From contig OZ249444.1 of assembly GCA_965235115.1 (NCBI GenBank), positions 12,400,001-12,464,000 of the forward strand: a stretch of DNA of 64,000 bases, read 5' to 3'. The notes under the pieces are model-generated. The model ran no database searches, was not told the DNA's origin, and saw nothing but the letters and a program-made list of their open reading frames with translations. The DNA is from Laetmonice hystrix (Eukaryota). The position numbers and the translations under genes were made by a program. Positions 48,190 to 58,947 of this stretch are shown one piece after another; position 1 is the stretch's first letter, and each line of letters opens with the position of its first letter.

Positions 48190-49152
48190 ACTAAGGTAAC
48201 TAATGTGTCAGATTACCATTTTTTTTTTCGAGTACTGGTACTCTACTGTCGGTAATCCTTGGATCATGAGGATAAAATACCTGACAGGCACCATTTCTAC
48301 ACCCATAGTTGCTACACCGGAAAAATGCACACATACCCAAAACTTTACCAACACAAGGGGTGACGCTACTTGACAGAATGTAGGTAACATGGTTTGAATG
48401 GTCAGACATGAAATGACTGCCTAATTAAAGTTTGATGAAAGAGTGACAGATAACTTGTGAAGAGAGTTTAGCTTTTTGGTTGATTGCGACTTGATTAGAA
48501 ATGTGACGCTTTGTAAATGGGACTGTAAAATATCAGCCTGCACACTATATCAGAGCTGTAATGTGCCATGGTGAACATGTACACAAATAATGAGTTGGGT
48601 GGCTAATCCATGCACTGCTTGACTTGGATCAACAACACAGTAGTGCATACTCAGTGGAAACATTCCAAGTGATTTGGTGATGATTCTGATGATAATGAAG
48701 ACTTAACTGTAGGTATACCTCTGAATAGGCCAGCTACTCAGTACAGTCTTGCCCATAGTGTACTCTGTGAATGACATCACTGGTAATATTTAACGCACAA
48801 AGACAGCATGTCCGGTTGTTTACCGTCTTGAATGCCTCATCTTAAAATGAACAGTCCTATTAGATATGTGTTTGGGCATTTTAACCACACAAGTGAACTT
48901 TGTGGTGACAGGAATAACTTGTGGCCTTGACTGTGCGCCAATGGCGCACTAAAAGATAACATGGTGATTATATATTAAGCACGTGTGTTCACGGGCACTT
49001 ACATGTAATCCCTTTGTAAAAATCTTGACTATGTCATTTGGTGTGCCCGGAGGGCACAAAAGATCTTTGGCCTGAGTGATTCCTGTGGTGATGTTGAAGT
49101 TGAAGGTTTGTAGAGTATGCGTCGCCTTTAAATGATAGAAGCAATTCTTCAC
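48190..49152 (-). pseudogene. Decayed Cys-rich, sequon-bearing reading frame downstream of the Gag fusion (env-like?)
   Basis: Long minus-strand frames broken by isolated stops and about one frameshift (MKNCFYHLKA...; VNNRTCCLCALNITS...*LAYSEVYL...YILSSSVTPCVGKVLGMCAFFRC...). It contains NIT, NRT, NVS and NLT sequons and a late hydrophobic patch. Confidence 0.35.
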
Positions 49153-49934
49153 TGTTTCACAAAGAATGTAGGGGTCTTCCGTTTTCGTCTCCTTCCTTTC
49201 AGTGTTTTTGTTTTACGGAAGATTTCCATCACAGTTGGTGGTATGATATCCTCCAAAACCCATGGATACGTGTCACCTGGTTTGTGGCTTCTCAGTTTCA
49301 CCTTGTAATAGCGTATTTTATTCTGGGTTATGGCTTGGAGAACTTCTTGGATCTCAGAGGGTGTAATAGTTGGTGGTTGGCGTTGGGATTCTGATGTTGA
49401 ATCCTGGCTATTGTTGTCATCTCTGCCTTGGTCCAATGTTCCCTGATCCTGGGAGATAGTGGATCCTTGCTGTGCCACCGTAGACATGTGTGGCTCATCA
49501 TCATCTGCCTCGTTATCATCTACCGGGAAGGGCAGACAATCCTGTTGTGGATTATCTACTGGATCCTTTGGAGGTGTGGTGTCAGTACCTGGATGACACG
49601 TTGATGGCAAGGACGGCGAGTGTGATGGACCAGCCTGTGTTGTCCATCCTTTCCCGCTGGCATGGATCTGGAACTGGGCCAGCCAGGCTGACACATCCAT
49701 CCCTTCTCTGAAAGCCGGCAGTCTGTCGGGCACCTCCAGAGAAGCCATTCTCTCAGTTAAACTGTTAATGTTCTCCATGCCGGTGTCTGACTGAGGTGTT
49801 CTCGATCTCAGATTATGAGCAGGACCGAGTGATGACGATGATGAACGTGAAGCTTTACTCATGAATGAGTCAGCGCTAATACTTGATATAATAAAATTTT
49901 GAGCTATGGGCGAATTTTGATACGGATGTTCCAA
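49149..49934 (-). CDS. In-frame fusion of retrotransposon Gag N-terminus with Pol C-terminal (chromodomain-like) tail, 261 aa
   Basis: LPAFREGMDVSAWLAQFQIHASGKGW is a typical Gag N-terminal motif. It is followed by a low-complexity spacer and EIQEVLQAITQNKIRYYKVKL...YPWVLEDIIPPTVMEIFRK...RRRKRK, resembling integrase C-terminal chromo-like tails. The junction is at about 49640. Confidence 0.7.
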   Translation of the reverse strand: MEHPYQNSPIAQNFIISSISADSFMSKASRSSSSSLGPAHNLRSRTPQSDTGMENINSLTERMASLEVPDRLPAFREGMDVSAWLAQFQIHASGKGWTTQAGPSHSPSLPSTCHPGTDTTPPKDPVDNPQQDCLPFPVDDNEADDDEPHMSTVAQQGSTISQDQGTLDQGRDDNNSQDSTSESQRQPPTITPSEIQEVLQAITQNKIRYYKVKLRSHKPGDTYPWVLEDIIPPTVMEIFRKTKTLKGRRRKRKTPTFFVKQ

Positions 49935-49960
49935 TTGAAAATAAAAACCAGAAGTTCAAA

Positions 49961-49978
49961 CCTCGGGTTCTACCACCA
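49961..49978 (-). other. Primer-binding-site-like sequence TGGTGGTAGAACCCGAGG
   Basis: Starts 1 nt after the 5' LTR with TGG. Its complement looks like a tRNA 3' end with T-loop (AGTTCAAACCTCGGGTTCTACCACCA). The tRNA identity is not established. Confidence 0.6.
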
Positions 49979-49979
49979 C

Positions 49980-50990
49980 TTTCGTACCGTAATTATTTTG
50001 TTTAGGGTTGTCCACCACTTTTGTACCGTGCTTGGTATATTGCTTTTGGATTGTCAGTTGATGCTTGTTGAATGGTACGAAAAGAAAAGGGAATGGGGAG
50101 AGAAAGTTGATGACACAATTATTGTTGAGCTTAGAAAAGGAACATCCGTCTTTTAATCAGTACTGTTTAGTTATATTGTCCTTGTTACAACACCGCAGGG
50201 ACCGCATGCTCTTCCAACATGGCGGCCCACACTGACCGGCCTGGCCCACGCTCCATACACTAACACATCGCACAATAGGGACCTTCCACACATTTTCCGG
50301 GAATACACGGATCCATACGTTAAACAAATTGACTGGTCCGGAGACTCTCACCAACGCTTTACAAGTAGGATATTGTTCATGGTGCTGCCAAGGTGGCTGT
50401 CCTGGTGACCACGTGGTGGCCCCAGAGGGGAAAACTTACTGTATTATCTTTGACTGTTTGCACACATATTCCAGGCAATCCGGGTGAATTAAATGTCCAG
50501 AACAGTGATCCGTGAATACACATATCTTGCTGATGAATTTCTTGTTGGATACGGCGCAGCCATGTGGCCGGCACGGGGTTGACTTGGTCGCTTAGAGTAA
50601 ACAGTATAGGTGTGTATGCTATGACGGCCAGCACGTAAGAGAGTGAGAGAGATGAGGGAGAGAGCCTCCAGGCAGGGGCTTGACCTATATCCGGTCACGT
50701 GGGGGGGGGGTACACGAGGTTTACTTTGACCATTAAGTTATACACAAATCCTAAATATTAAATAAGTGTGAGTAGTGACTATGTTTTAACAAGATGATGC
50801 ACATGCTATATAATTAAAATAAAATAGTTATGGATTTAAAATAACTGAACTTATGGTAATGGCTATGGCTACCATGGCTACCATGGGTGATGCTGACGGG
50901 CGCGCTCAGTGTGATGAGAGTGGCCGGTTCTCCCAACTGTTTTTAATTAGGCCGTGCTATATATACACACATAGAAAATTCCCTACCACA
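49980..50990 (-). repeat. 5' LTR
   Basis: Direct repeat of 45925-46937, adjacent to the PBS. Confidence 0.92.
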
Positions 50991-53040
50991 GAGGCAATCA
51001 GGAGAAATGACGCCCTGACGACGGCGGTGCCACCACCACCACTCACCACCACCGGGGTTCTGGTGGTGGCGGCGGTGTGGTGGTCGTTGTAGTGGTGGCC
51101 ATACAGGTTCAGATATAGGAGAAAAACCACTGGTTCCCCTTGAACACACCTGGGGTCTTGGAGCATGTTGAACCATAGCTGTCTTGTAACCGGTTTCCTG
51201 TGTCTCACGTGATGGGGAATGGAGGTGGAGGTTTTCCTGCTTGGTTGAAATGAGTCCTCACAGAGTATGGTGAAGGGAGAGAGTTCCTGGATCCACAACT
51301 ACTTAAGATTAACGCTTCCGATTCGCTGGTCTGCATCGATCAGGCAATCCAAAACGTTTTTAAGAACTGAGCCCAGATCACAAGGCAGGTTGTCCGAAGA
51401 ATTGCGAGTAAGATCCCCGTCTAGATGATCTCTGTGTTGCGCAACAATTTACACATTCCATTTCAATTTTTTAATCTAATAGAAAGTCGTGAATGCAATA
51501 TCAGTTTCGGAAAGGTTGCTTTAACAGGCGACCATTCAAAGCAAAGAGCAGAAATCGTGAGACCCAGACGACCAAGTCCCCAGTTTCATTCACTTCAGTT
51601 TTATAGCTCTCCTACTCCACACAGCACTTGTTCCGAACTCATTCGGCCAGCACTATAAACACCTATTTCAGGGATTTCATGGCTGGCCAGGGACATTTCA
51701 TGGATCAGGAGTGTTATTCCAGGAATGTCAAACGACTGTTGTCTCAGTGCAGCGCTGTTGTTGGGCGGTCGGCACTTGTGCTGTCCCACACATTAGGTGG
51801 TATAGGATTCCGTAAGCTTGACTGACTGCGGCAATCAAGTTGCTGCCCTGCTATTTACCAAACTCTACCTTGATGCAGTTCTGTAGTGGCCTCGGTGCAA
51901 TGGCTTCTTCCCCGAGGGAAAAATGCCTAGATGTTTTCCCAAGCTTTCAGCTGTGGTTCTAGACCAACTGTAGTGTATTATAAAAGGTTTCATTTAATGG
52001 TCTAAAATGACTGTATTTATAGTTGGCTCTTGAATTAGCTGTCCGCATTTAGCCAGCACAGAAACACCTGGGGAGAGCATGAGTTATTGGTGGCATTTCA
52101 TTTTTAGTCAGCCACTTTTGTGTATTTTAGAACCTGGATAAAATGGTAGGCAGAGTTGTAGTTATGTTTGCCCCATGCCGATTGAACCGTGGATGGTGAA
52201 TGCCGACGTAAGCGTGTCAACCTTGGTGGACGCGACCGTTTTAATGGTGGAGAACCCGGCAGTGAGAGCCCCTCGAGGGAAGCTGATTAAATTCGGATTG
52301 GGATCAGATTTTGCCTGTCGAGAGACTGACACATCACGCCGACTTCATCCCAGTGCTGACATAATACGTCAAACATTAATACTGCCGCAAACTTAACGCA
52401 CAGCAGGGATAGAATGTGAGCAAGGCATCAATTGATAAGTGTCATTCTTGATAAATCTGTGTAAGGGGGAAGGTAGCCAGCATAAAACCCACAGGGCGAG
52501 GTTTTCATGTTTCACGAAAGGCAACAAGATGAAAATATTAGTGCTGCTTGGTTGATAGCCCCAGGGACGTTGATGTGTGGAGGGATGTCTTATCTTGGAT
52601 GCAGACAAAAGTTTCATACGGTTTTTCCTTGATATCTGTAACCCCATTATAAGCAACCAATATGGTAACTATGTTAAACAGTAAAGGGGTACGATTTGAC
52701 TGAAGCTACACCCAAAACATGGCTTTGTAAAGGAAAACTATTGCCGTCAGTTCCAGGTCCGTCTTGACCACACATATGGTAGTCAGTAAGAGCCAGTTCA
52801 GGGTTGGTCGATGCGTCTGTGCTGGGAAGTGACCAGTGCCTTGACCAGAAAATCTGCACGTGGCAGGTTTCAACTCTGCCTCCGTCAATATTGTCATGTG
52901 TTATTGCGATTATTGTGATTGCGGAGGGTTGATGGCCAGTTGCCAGCCTGCTCTGGACATCGGCTGTTAATGGTTGTTATTGTGATGGGATATATCCGTG
53001 GTGAAGGTTGTATAGGAGCCTAAATACACTTATTGACCGT

Positions 53041-53541
53041 TGTTATACAAATATTGGATGGCGGCGAGTCCACTATACAGTTTACGGGACGAAGAAAAGC
53101 GATAATGGACGAGGCGAAGCCGAGTCCATTATCGCTTTTCAGAGTCCCGTAAACTGTATAGTGGACGAGCTGCCATCCAACATTTGCTATATTATACACC
53201 TATATAGGCCTATAAATAAAATATTGATAATCCGATATAGGCCTAAATAAAGTGGAGGTAGGCCGCTTGGATTACAAGAACCAACACATGAGTCATCGCT
53301 GTCGGCAACTATTGTGACATTAGTAATTTGGCCGCTATTGTTTAAGTCCAGAAGAGTTCCAAAAGTACTGTGACGTCACAGTATCTAGGTGATGACAATA
53401 GGACTTTGACGTCATCTCTATGGTTTCCAGAGTGAACCGTCCAATATCGTATTTTACCGTCCAATATCGTTTTTTTCGGGACGGTCACGTGGTACAAATG
53501 GACCAATCAGATTGCTTTGCTGCGCCAGGTGTATAATATTA
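53041..53541 (+). mobile_element. G.A-hairpin element, copy 2
   Basis: Homologous to 26992-27514 along its whole length; the hairpin segment is identical. Confidence 0.85.
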
Positions 53542-53885
53542 GCACTTGTGGTATACATTATATGAATATAACATTAAGGTGATTGTTTACGAGTGTGATT
53601 AATATGTCAGCAGGAACCCAGGGGTCATGTAATTATGAAGGTGATATCTTTAACATGAGTTCTGTTGAAATCTTCTTTTCTATTTGTGTCCAATCAATTT
53701 AGATACTTTTGTTGAAAGGGGAGGGGAGACAGCCAGTTGTACTGTCTGGGTAGAACCAGAAGTGAACGTGTCGGAACAGAACATTTGAGAGTCAGATAGT
53801 CGACGCGGACTTACGTCTCGTCTCATAACACAGTGGCGTAATGTTGTATTAGGACGCGCGTGACGTCCTTTGAAACGCTGCATCC

Positions 53886-53925
53886 TGACGTCAGCCGCGG
53901 TAACTATGGTAACGTCAGGTAAGCT
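53886..53925 (+). promoter_or_regulatory. CRE (TGACGTCA 53886) + X-box-like GTAACTATGGTAAC (53900) + consensus splice donor CAG|GTAAGC (53919)
   Basis: The motifs are clustered at the end of a CpG-rich patch (53750-53920). Confidence 0.25.
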
Positions 53926-56084
53926 AGGATGAGAGAAGCTTATGAATATCGAATATCAGTTTTCAAATGAGTTGGGGAAATTGGATTTTCGTTTTAAAAT
54001 TTGATGTACTCCAAGCTTGACCCAAATGATTTTATGCGTGAAGTCGTACGGTGTGGTCGCCTGATGAGAACCCCCTTCTAACCCTCTCCCGAACATCCCC
54101 AATACCCATGTAGGTAGGCCTAATTGTCCCAGAATTAGAGATTGGGAATCAGAAAAATATTACGTGCGATTCCAATATCCACCCAAATTGGAGTAACAGT
54201 TGGTGATATATTTTATCGTCGGAGAGTAGGGTGTAAATTTATCTGTTGTGACAGGAAGGACAGTACAAGGTGGCGTTTATCACGGAGAGTCTGTGAGGTG
54301 TTGACGGTGGCAGTGTGGGGGGTGACGATGGTGCTGTTGGCAGTGGGTGACAGTCGTTGGCAGTGGTTGAGTGACAGTTGTCGGGTGGTTACAAATGAGA
54401 CCGACTGTAGGCAATGCCTGCGATCCTGTGATCGCTGTCTGTCAGTCGGTCGGGGTTTCTGTCATCGTATTTACAACTTCCCCCACATCTGGGTATAGAC
54501 ATTTCTTGCGGCAGGCAGGATCGGGCAGGCAGCTGCCTCAGGGTGGTTGAAGGTACCTTTGGTATCAGAAGAATTCCACCTAGACTGTGTGACTGTGAGG
54601 CAGCCGGCTAGGACCTGAACAGAACGATGAACTGTCAGGCACTACGGTCGGTATCCAGTAATTAGAAATTATCCAGTAAGATCTTGGGGTGGATGGTGGT
54701 TAGCCCCTTTAAACACCAGTTTTCCTTTTCTAAAACATGTACTTATTTTGATTGACCCCTGCTGGAACCCCCATTCTTTTCTCAGGCTTTTCTCAGCCTG
54801 GTGGACCTCCTCCCTAGCTAGCTTCCTCTCCAAGTCCTGAATTCGCTCCTGTTAATACGAGTCATATATTTCGGGTTGGGGGGGGGGGGGGAGGAGGTAT
54901 ACAGAGTGCTGTAGGAGTAAGGGGTAGACGTGCTATGTGATAACTGGGACTGGACGCATTGATCCACCGGTGGGAATAGGTTTTGGGAGCGTTTGCGTCC
55001 TTTCTTTGTGATTTGCGGGTGGGAGCCAACCCAAGGCAGCATGTCTTCATTTACTTACCCAGTGTTCGGACTGATTACTTCCTGATTACTCGGTGATTAC
55101 TTAGAGCAGGCTGTCATCGCTCTGGTACGTTGTCCCGTCACCAGAGGGCTCTTTCATTAGTGTTAAAAGTTGATCAGTCGGCAAGGGAGCTGGAGCTGGA
55201 AGATGGGAGCGTCAAAACAAGAAGGGATTATTGGGCCAGGAGTGATGGAGCGGCAAGAAATAAAACGGGATTGGGTCAGGGGGTGGGAGCGGCAAAACAA
55301 TTGAAAATGGGGTCAGGGGGTGGGAGCGGCAAACCAATTGAAAAGGGGGTCCGGGGGTGGGGTTAAAGGCAATTCTTGGGTTGGACAGGGTTGTCCCCTC
55401 CAGGGCTATTTGAGGTTGTTTGGTGGCACACATGAAGTCGGTTTGTGGAAGTAGATTTGGTTGCTCAAACTTGGTTGGACAGTTTATGATACAGAGAGGG
55501 CGTGTGAGAACTCTCACCCCTGCCCCCCTCACCAGCCACAACCCACTTGTCTGTGGCAGTCAGTGCACACAAATCGACGGGGCGCTGTGGTGGACTGGCA
55601 TCTCTATGGAATTCATAACAAAAGTGTTGAGGGCGTGCAAGGGCGGCCAACGTCGATTGTTGGGGTGGGGTAGGTTCGAGACGTGGCCTTTCATTACTGT
55701 CGTGAGTTCGTGATCCTCAGCGTGGGGTGTGAAGGAGGGGATGGGGTACTGGGGGAGATCATTCAGAGAGGGGTCTGTTTATTAGGGGGGATGAGGGGTG
55801 GGGTCAGGACAAGGCATGTGGCTGAGGTTAGAGGTCTGGCCTAAAGGTGACCTTATCAAAACATTGCACTAAAATGTGATTGTTAATGGTGACTGCCTGC
55901 TCATATGTTACTTCTGGTTCAGTGGTACGGGATCTATGGGTTATTGAGATGGGTGGCGGACAGGGCTTGTGTACGGTCGTGGATAGAGTATGAATCCCTA
56001 GGGTGAATGGGAGAATTTCACGGGAATTTAATGCAGAATTTAAACCAGTGGAGTATCAAGCATAGTTGTAAACATTGACCTGCA

Positions 56085-57444
56085 TGTTAGCCTGACAGTG
56101 TGACTTTGTTACTGTTATCTTGTATGGTTCATAAGCAGGTTAGCCTGACAGTGTGACTTTGTTACTATTATCCTGTATCATTTATAAGCAGGCTACCCTG
56201 ACAGTGTGACTGTGTTACTATTATCTTGTATAATTTATAAGCAGGTTACCCTGACAGTCTGACTTTGTTACTGTTATCTTGTATGGTTCATAAGCAGGTT
56301 AGCCTGACAGTGTGACTTTGTTACTATTATCCTGTATCATTTATAAGCAGGTTAGCCTGACAGTGTGACTGTGTTACTATTATCTTGTATAATTTATAAG
56401 CAGGTTACCCTGACAGTGTGACTGTGTTACTGTTATCTTGTATAATTTATAAGCAGGTTACCCTGACAGTGTGACTGTGTTACTGTTATATTGTATCATT
56501 TATAAGCAGGTTAGCCTGACAGTGTGACTGTGTTACTGTTATCTTGTATCATTCATAAGCAGGTTACCCTGACAGTGTGACTGTGTTACTGTTATCTTGT
56601 ATCATTCATAAGCAGGTTACCCTGACAGTGTGACTTTGTTACTGTTATCTTGTATCATTCATAAGCAGGTTAGCCTGACAGTGTGACTGTGTTACTGTTA
56701 TCTTGTATCATTCATACGCAGGTTACCCTGACAGTGTGACTGTGTTACTGTTATCTTGTATCATTCATAAGCAGGTTAGCCTGACAGTGTGACTGTGTTA
56801 CTGTTATCTTGTATCATTCATACGCAGGTTACCCTGACAGTGTGACTGTGTTACTGTTATCTTGTATCATTCATAAGCAGGTTAGCCTGACAGTGTGACT
56901 GTGTTACTGTTATCTTGTATCATTCATAAGCAGGTTAGCCTGACAGTGTGACTTTGTTACTGTTATCTTGTATCATTCATAAGCAGGTTAGACTGACAGT
57001 GTGACTTTGTTACTGTTATCTTGTATCATTCATAAGCAGGTTAGCCTGACAGTGTGACTGTGTTACTGTTATCTTGTATCATTCATAAGCAGGCTAGCCT
57101 GACAGTGTGACTTTGTTACTGTTATCTTGTATCATTCATAAGCAGGTTAGACTGACAGTGTGACTGTGTTACTGTTATCTTGTATCATTCATAAGCAGGT
57201 TAGCCTGACAGTGTGACTGTGTTACTGTTATCTTGTATCATTCATACGCAGGTTACCCTGACAGTGTGACTGTGTTACTGTTATCTTGTATCATTCATAA
57301 GCAGGTTAGCCTGACAGTGTGACTGTGTTACTGTTATCTTGTATCATTCATAAGCAGGTTAGCCTGACAGTCTGCCTTTGTTACTGTTATCCTGTATCAT
57401 TTATAAGCAGGTTACCCTGACAGTGTAACTTTGTTACTGTTATT
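56085..57444. repeat. 53-bp minisatellite, ~25 copies (CTGACAGTGTGACTGTGTTACTGTTATCTTGTATCATTCATAAGCAGGTTAGC)
   Basis: CTGACAG recurs every 53 bp from 56092. Confidence 0.97.
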
Positions 57445-58947
57445 CTCTGCATCCACTCGGATATTGACAAATATATTGTATGCAGTTTATCCTTATTCTC
57501 GTTGAGGAAAGTTGGACGAACTTCAGTCATACCGAGTCGGTTCCCATGGTGCTCGTAAAATTTGGTAGAGGGTATTTCCGATAACCGAGGTTGGCAGGAT
57601 CATTTGACAAAGTTCTGACCTTGGTCTTGGCCAGACCATCTGTTTGCAAGGATCCAGGTCAGGGCTAGGCAAGTGTCTAATTGACCAAGTTGTGTGTTGC
57701 GTTCTATCAGCACTGACCACTGGTCAGTTAATGTTGGAGTTGAGGCGGCTTGTGGGGGGTAGGGTGAGCGTGGTCAGTTTGAGGGGGTGGTTTGCCGATG
57801 GCCAATATTGATGGCAGTTGACAGAGCAGCAAATGGACCTTGGTCTCAAATACTACCATCCAATCAATGACCTTGACACAGCAGACGGAATGATGACATT
57901 CTTTCTGAAAACCAATCAGAAGTTGACAGCCAGAGATGGCTCGGCCTACTTCAGTCAGTGTGCTGACTTGTGATTGGTTGTGTTTATCTGTCCAGATAAA
58001 CCTGGCAATTATGGAGGAAAATTCTTCATGTGTGAAGAAATGTGAAATGGTATGGCTTGTTTTGGACATACATGTACATGTATTTTAAGACCTCATAGGT
58101 TGATACCTGTCAAATCTTTATCTTTTATATTTCATGGGCTTTGGATCAAGTGATAAATTGAAAGTTGTTGAGGATGTTTTTGAACTTAAAGCAGTAGAAC
58201 AAGGGACGTTGATAAATATGCTTAGTAAATACTAAGCATTTTTAGGCTCCCATTTTCAGCCCCCCGTTCAGGATGTTTCGACAGGAGATGATGTGATGTG
58301 TGGCCCAGGGATGACTATAGAGGAGGGTAATGGATGCATCACCTTGGCGCAACCCCCCCCCCCCCACCCCCACCCCCACCCACCCCCCACCCCAGACGGC
58401 ACAGTCAAAACAAGTGTAAGAAACCATCAATATGAAATATGACGGTACACAGTTCTCTGACAACAACAGCTGTCTGTTGCTGCCTGTGAATGGTAATGTG
58501 TCTGTGACCGGGGGAAGGTATAGGATGTTTGAATGGGGCGGCCTACGGGGGCTGGTTGGGCGGTAACTTGAGTGAGCAGGATCCCCACCCCTCTCCTCCC
58601 AACTGATACCTAGGGGGAGTCCTGCCACTGACCGGTCTGTGTGACTGTTTGCCGTACTACAATCGAGTGGTCCAGATGGTTATTGTTACCGGATGGAATC
58701 TCAGAGGAAAAAAGAGGAAGTTGAAGTGTCACGTCATGTTGAACTGGTTTAACTGTCTTCCTGTGATGTCATCCTATTGAAAATTTGTCTGTAAATGCCA
58801 CTGATAACTATTTCTGACGTCTTTTGAAGATTTGGTGATGAGACACGTACAAGTATCAGATGTACTCCTTTCAAACTCCGTTTTATGCCGTCTGGATTCT
58901 GGAAGAAAAGTGCTGTGTGTAGTTGGTGCCATACTGGAATGCCGTTT

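Larger units (their letters stand above)
45925..50990 (-). mobile_element. Young non-autonomous Ty3/Gypsy-type LTR retroelement, antisense in CASK intron 2
   Basis: LTRs 45925-46937 (1013 bp) and 49980-50990 (1011 bp). By eye they differ only by a 12 vs 10 G-run and one C/G substitution. 4-bp TSD GAGG at 45921-45924 and 50991-50994. A PBS-like sequence and a Gag-like ORF lie on the minus strand. No RT, RNase H or integrase core was seen. Confidence 0.92.

Noticed and set aside
45765-51092. Reconstituted pre-insertion frame ...RSNRLKTYIE|AIRRNDALTTAV... across the LTR target site, with an acceptor-like TTCTCAG at about 45895
   Set aside because: It is short, ends in a stop and has no recognisable homology. 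It does not fit CASK exon 3, so it cannot be supported as a gene.
57523-58069. 113-aa and 65-aa minus ORFs
   Set aside because: No family motif was recognised and no consistent exon structure was found.
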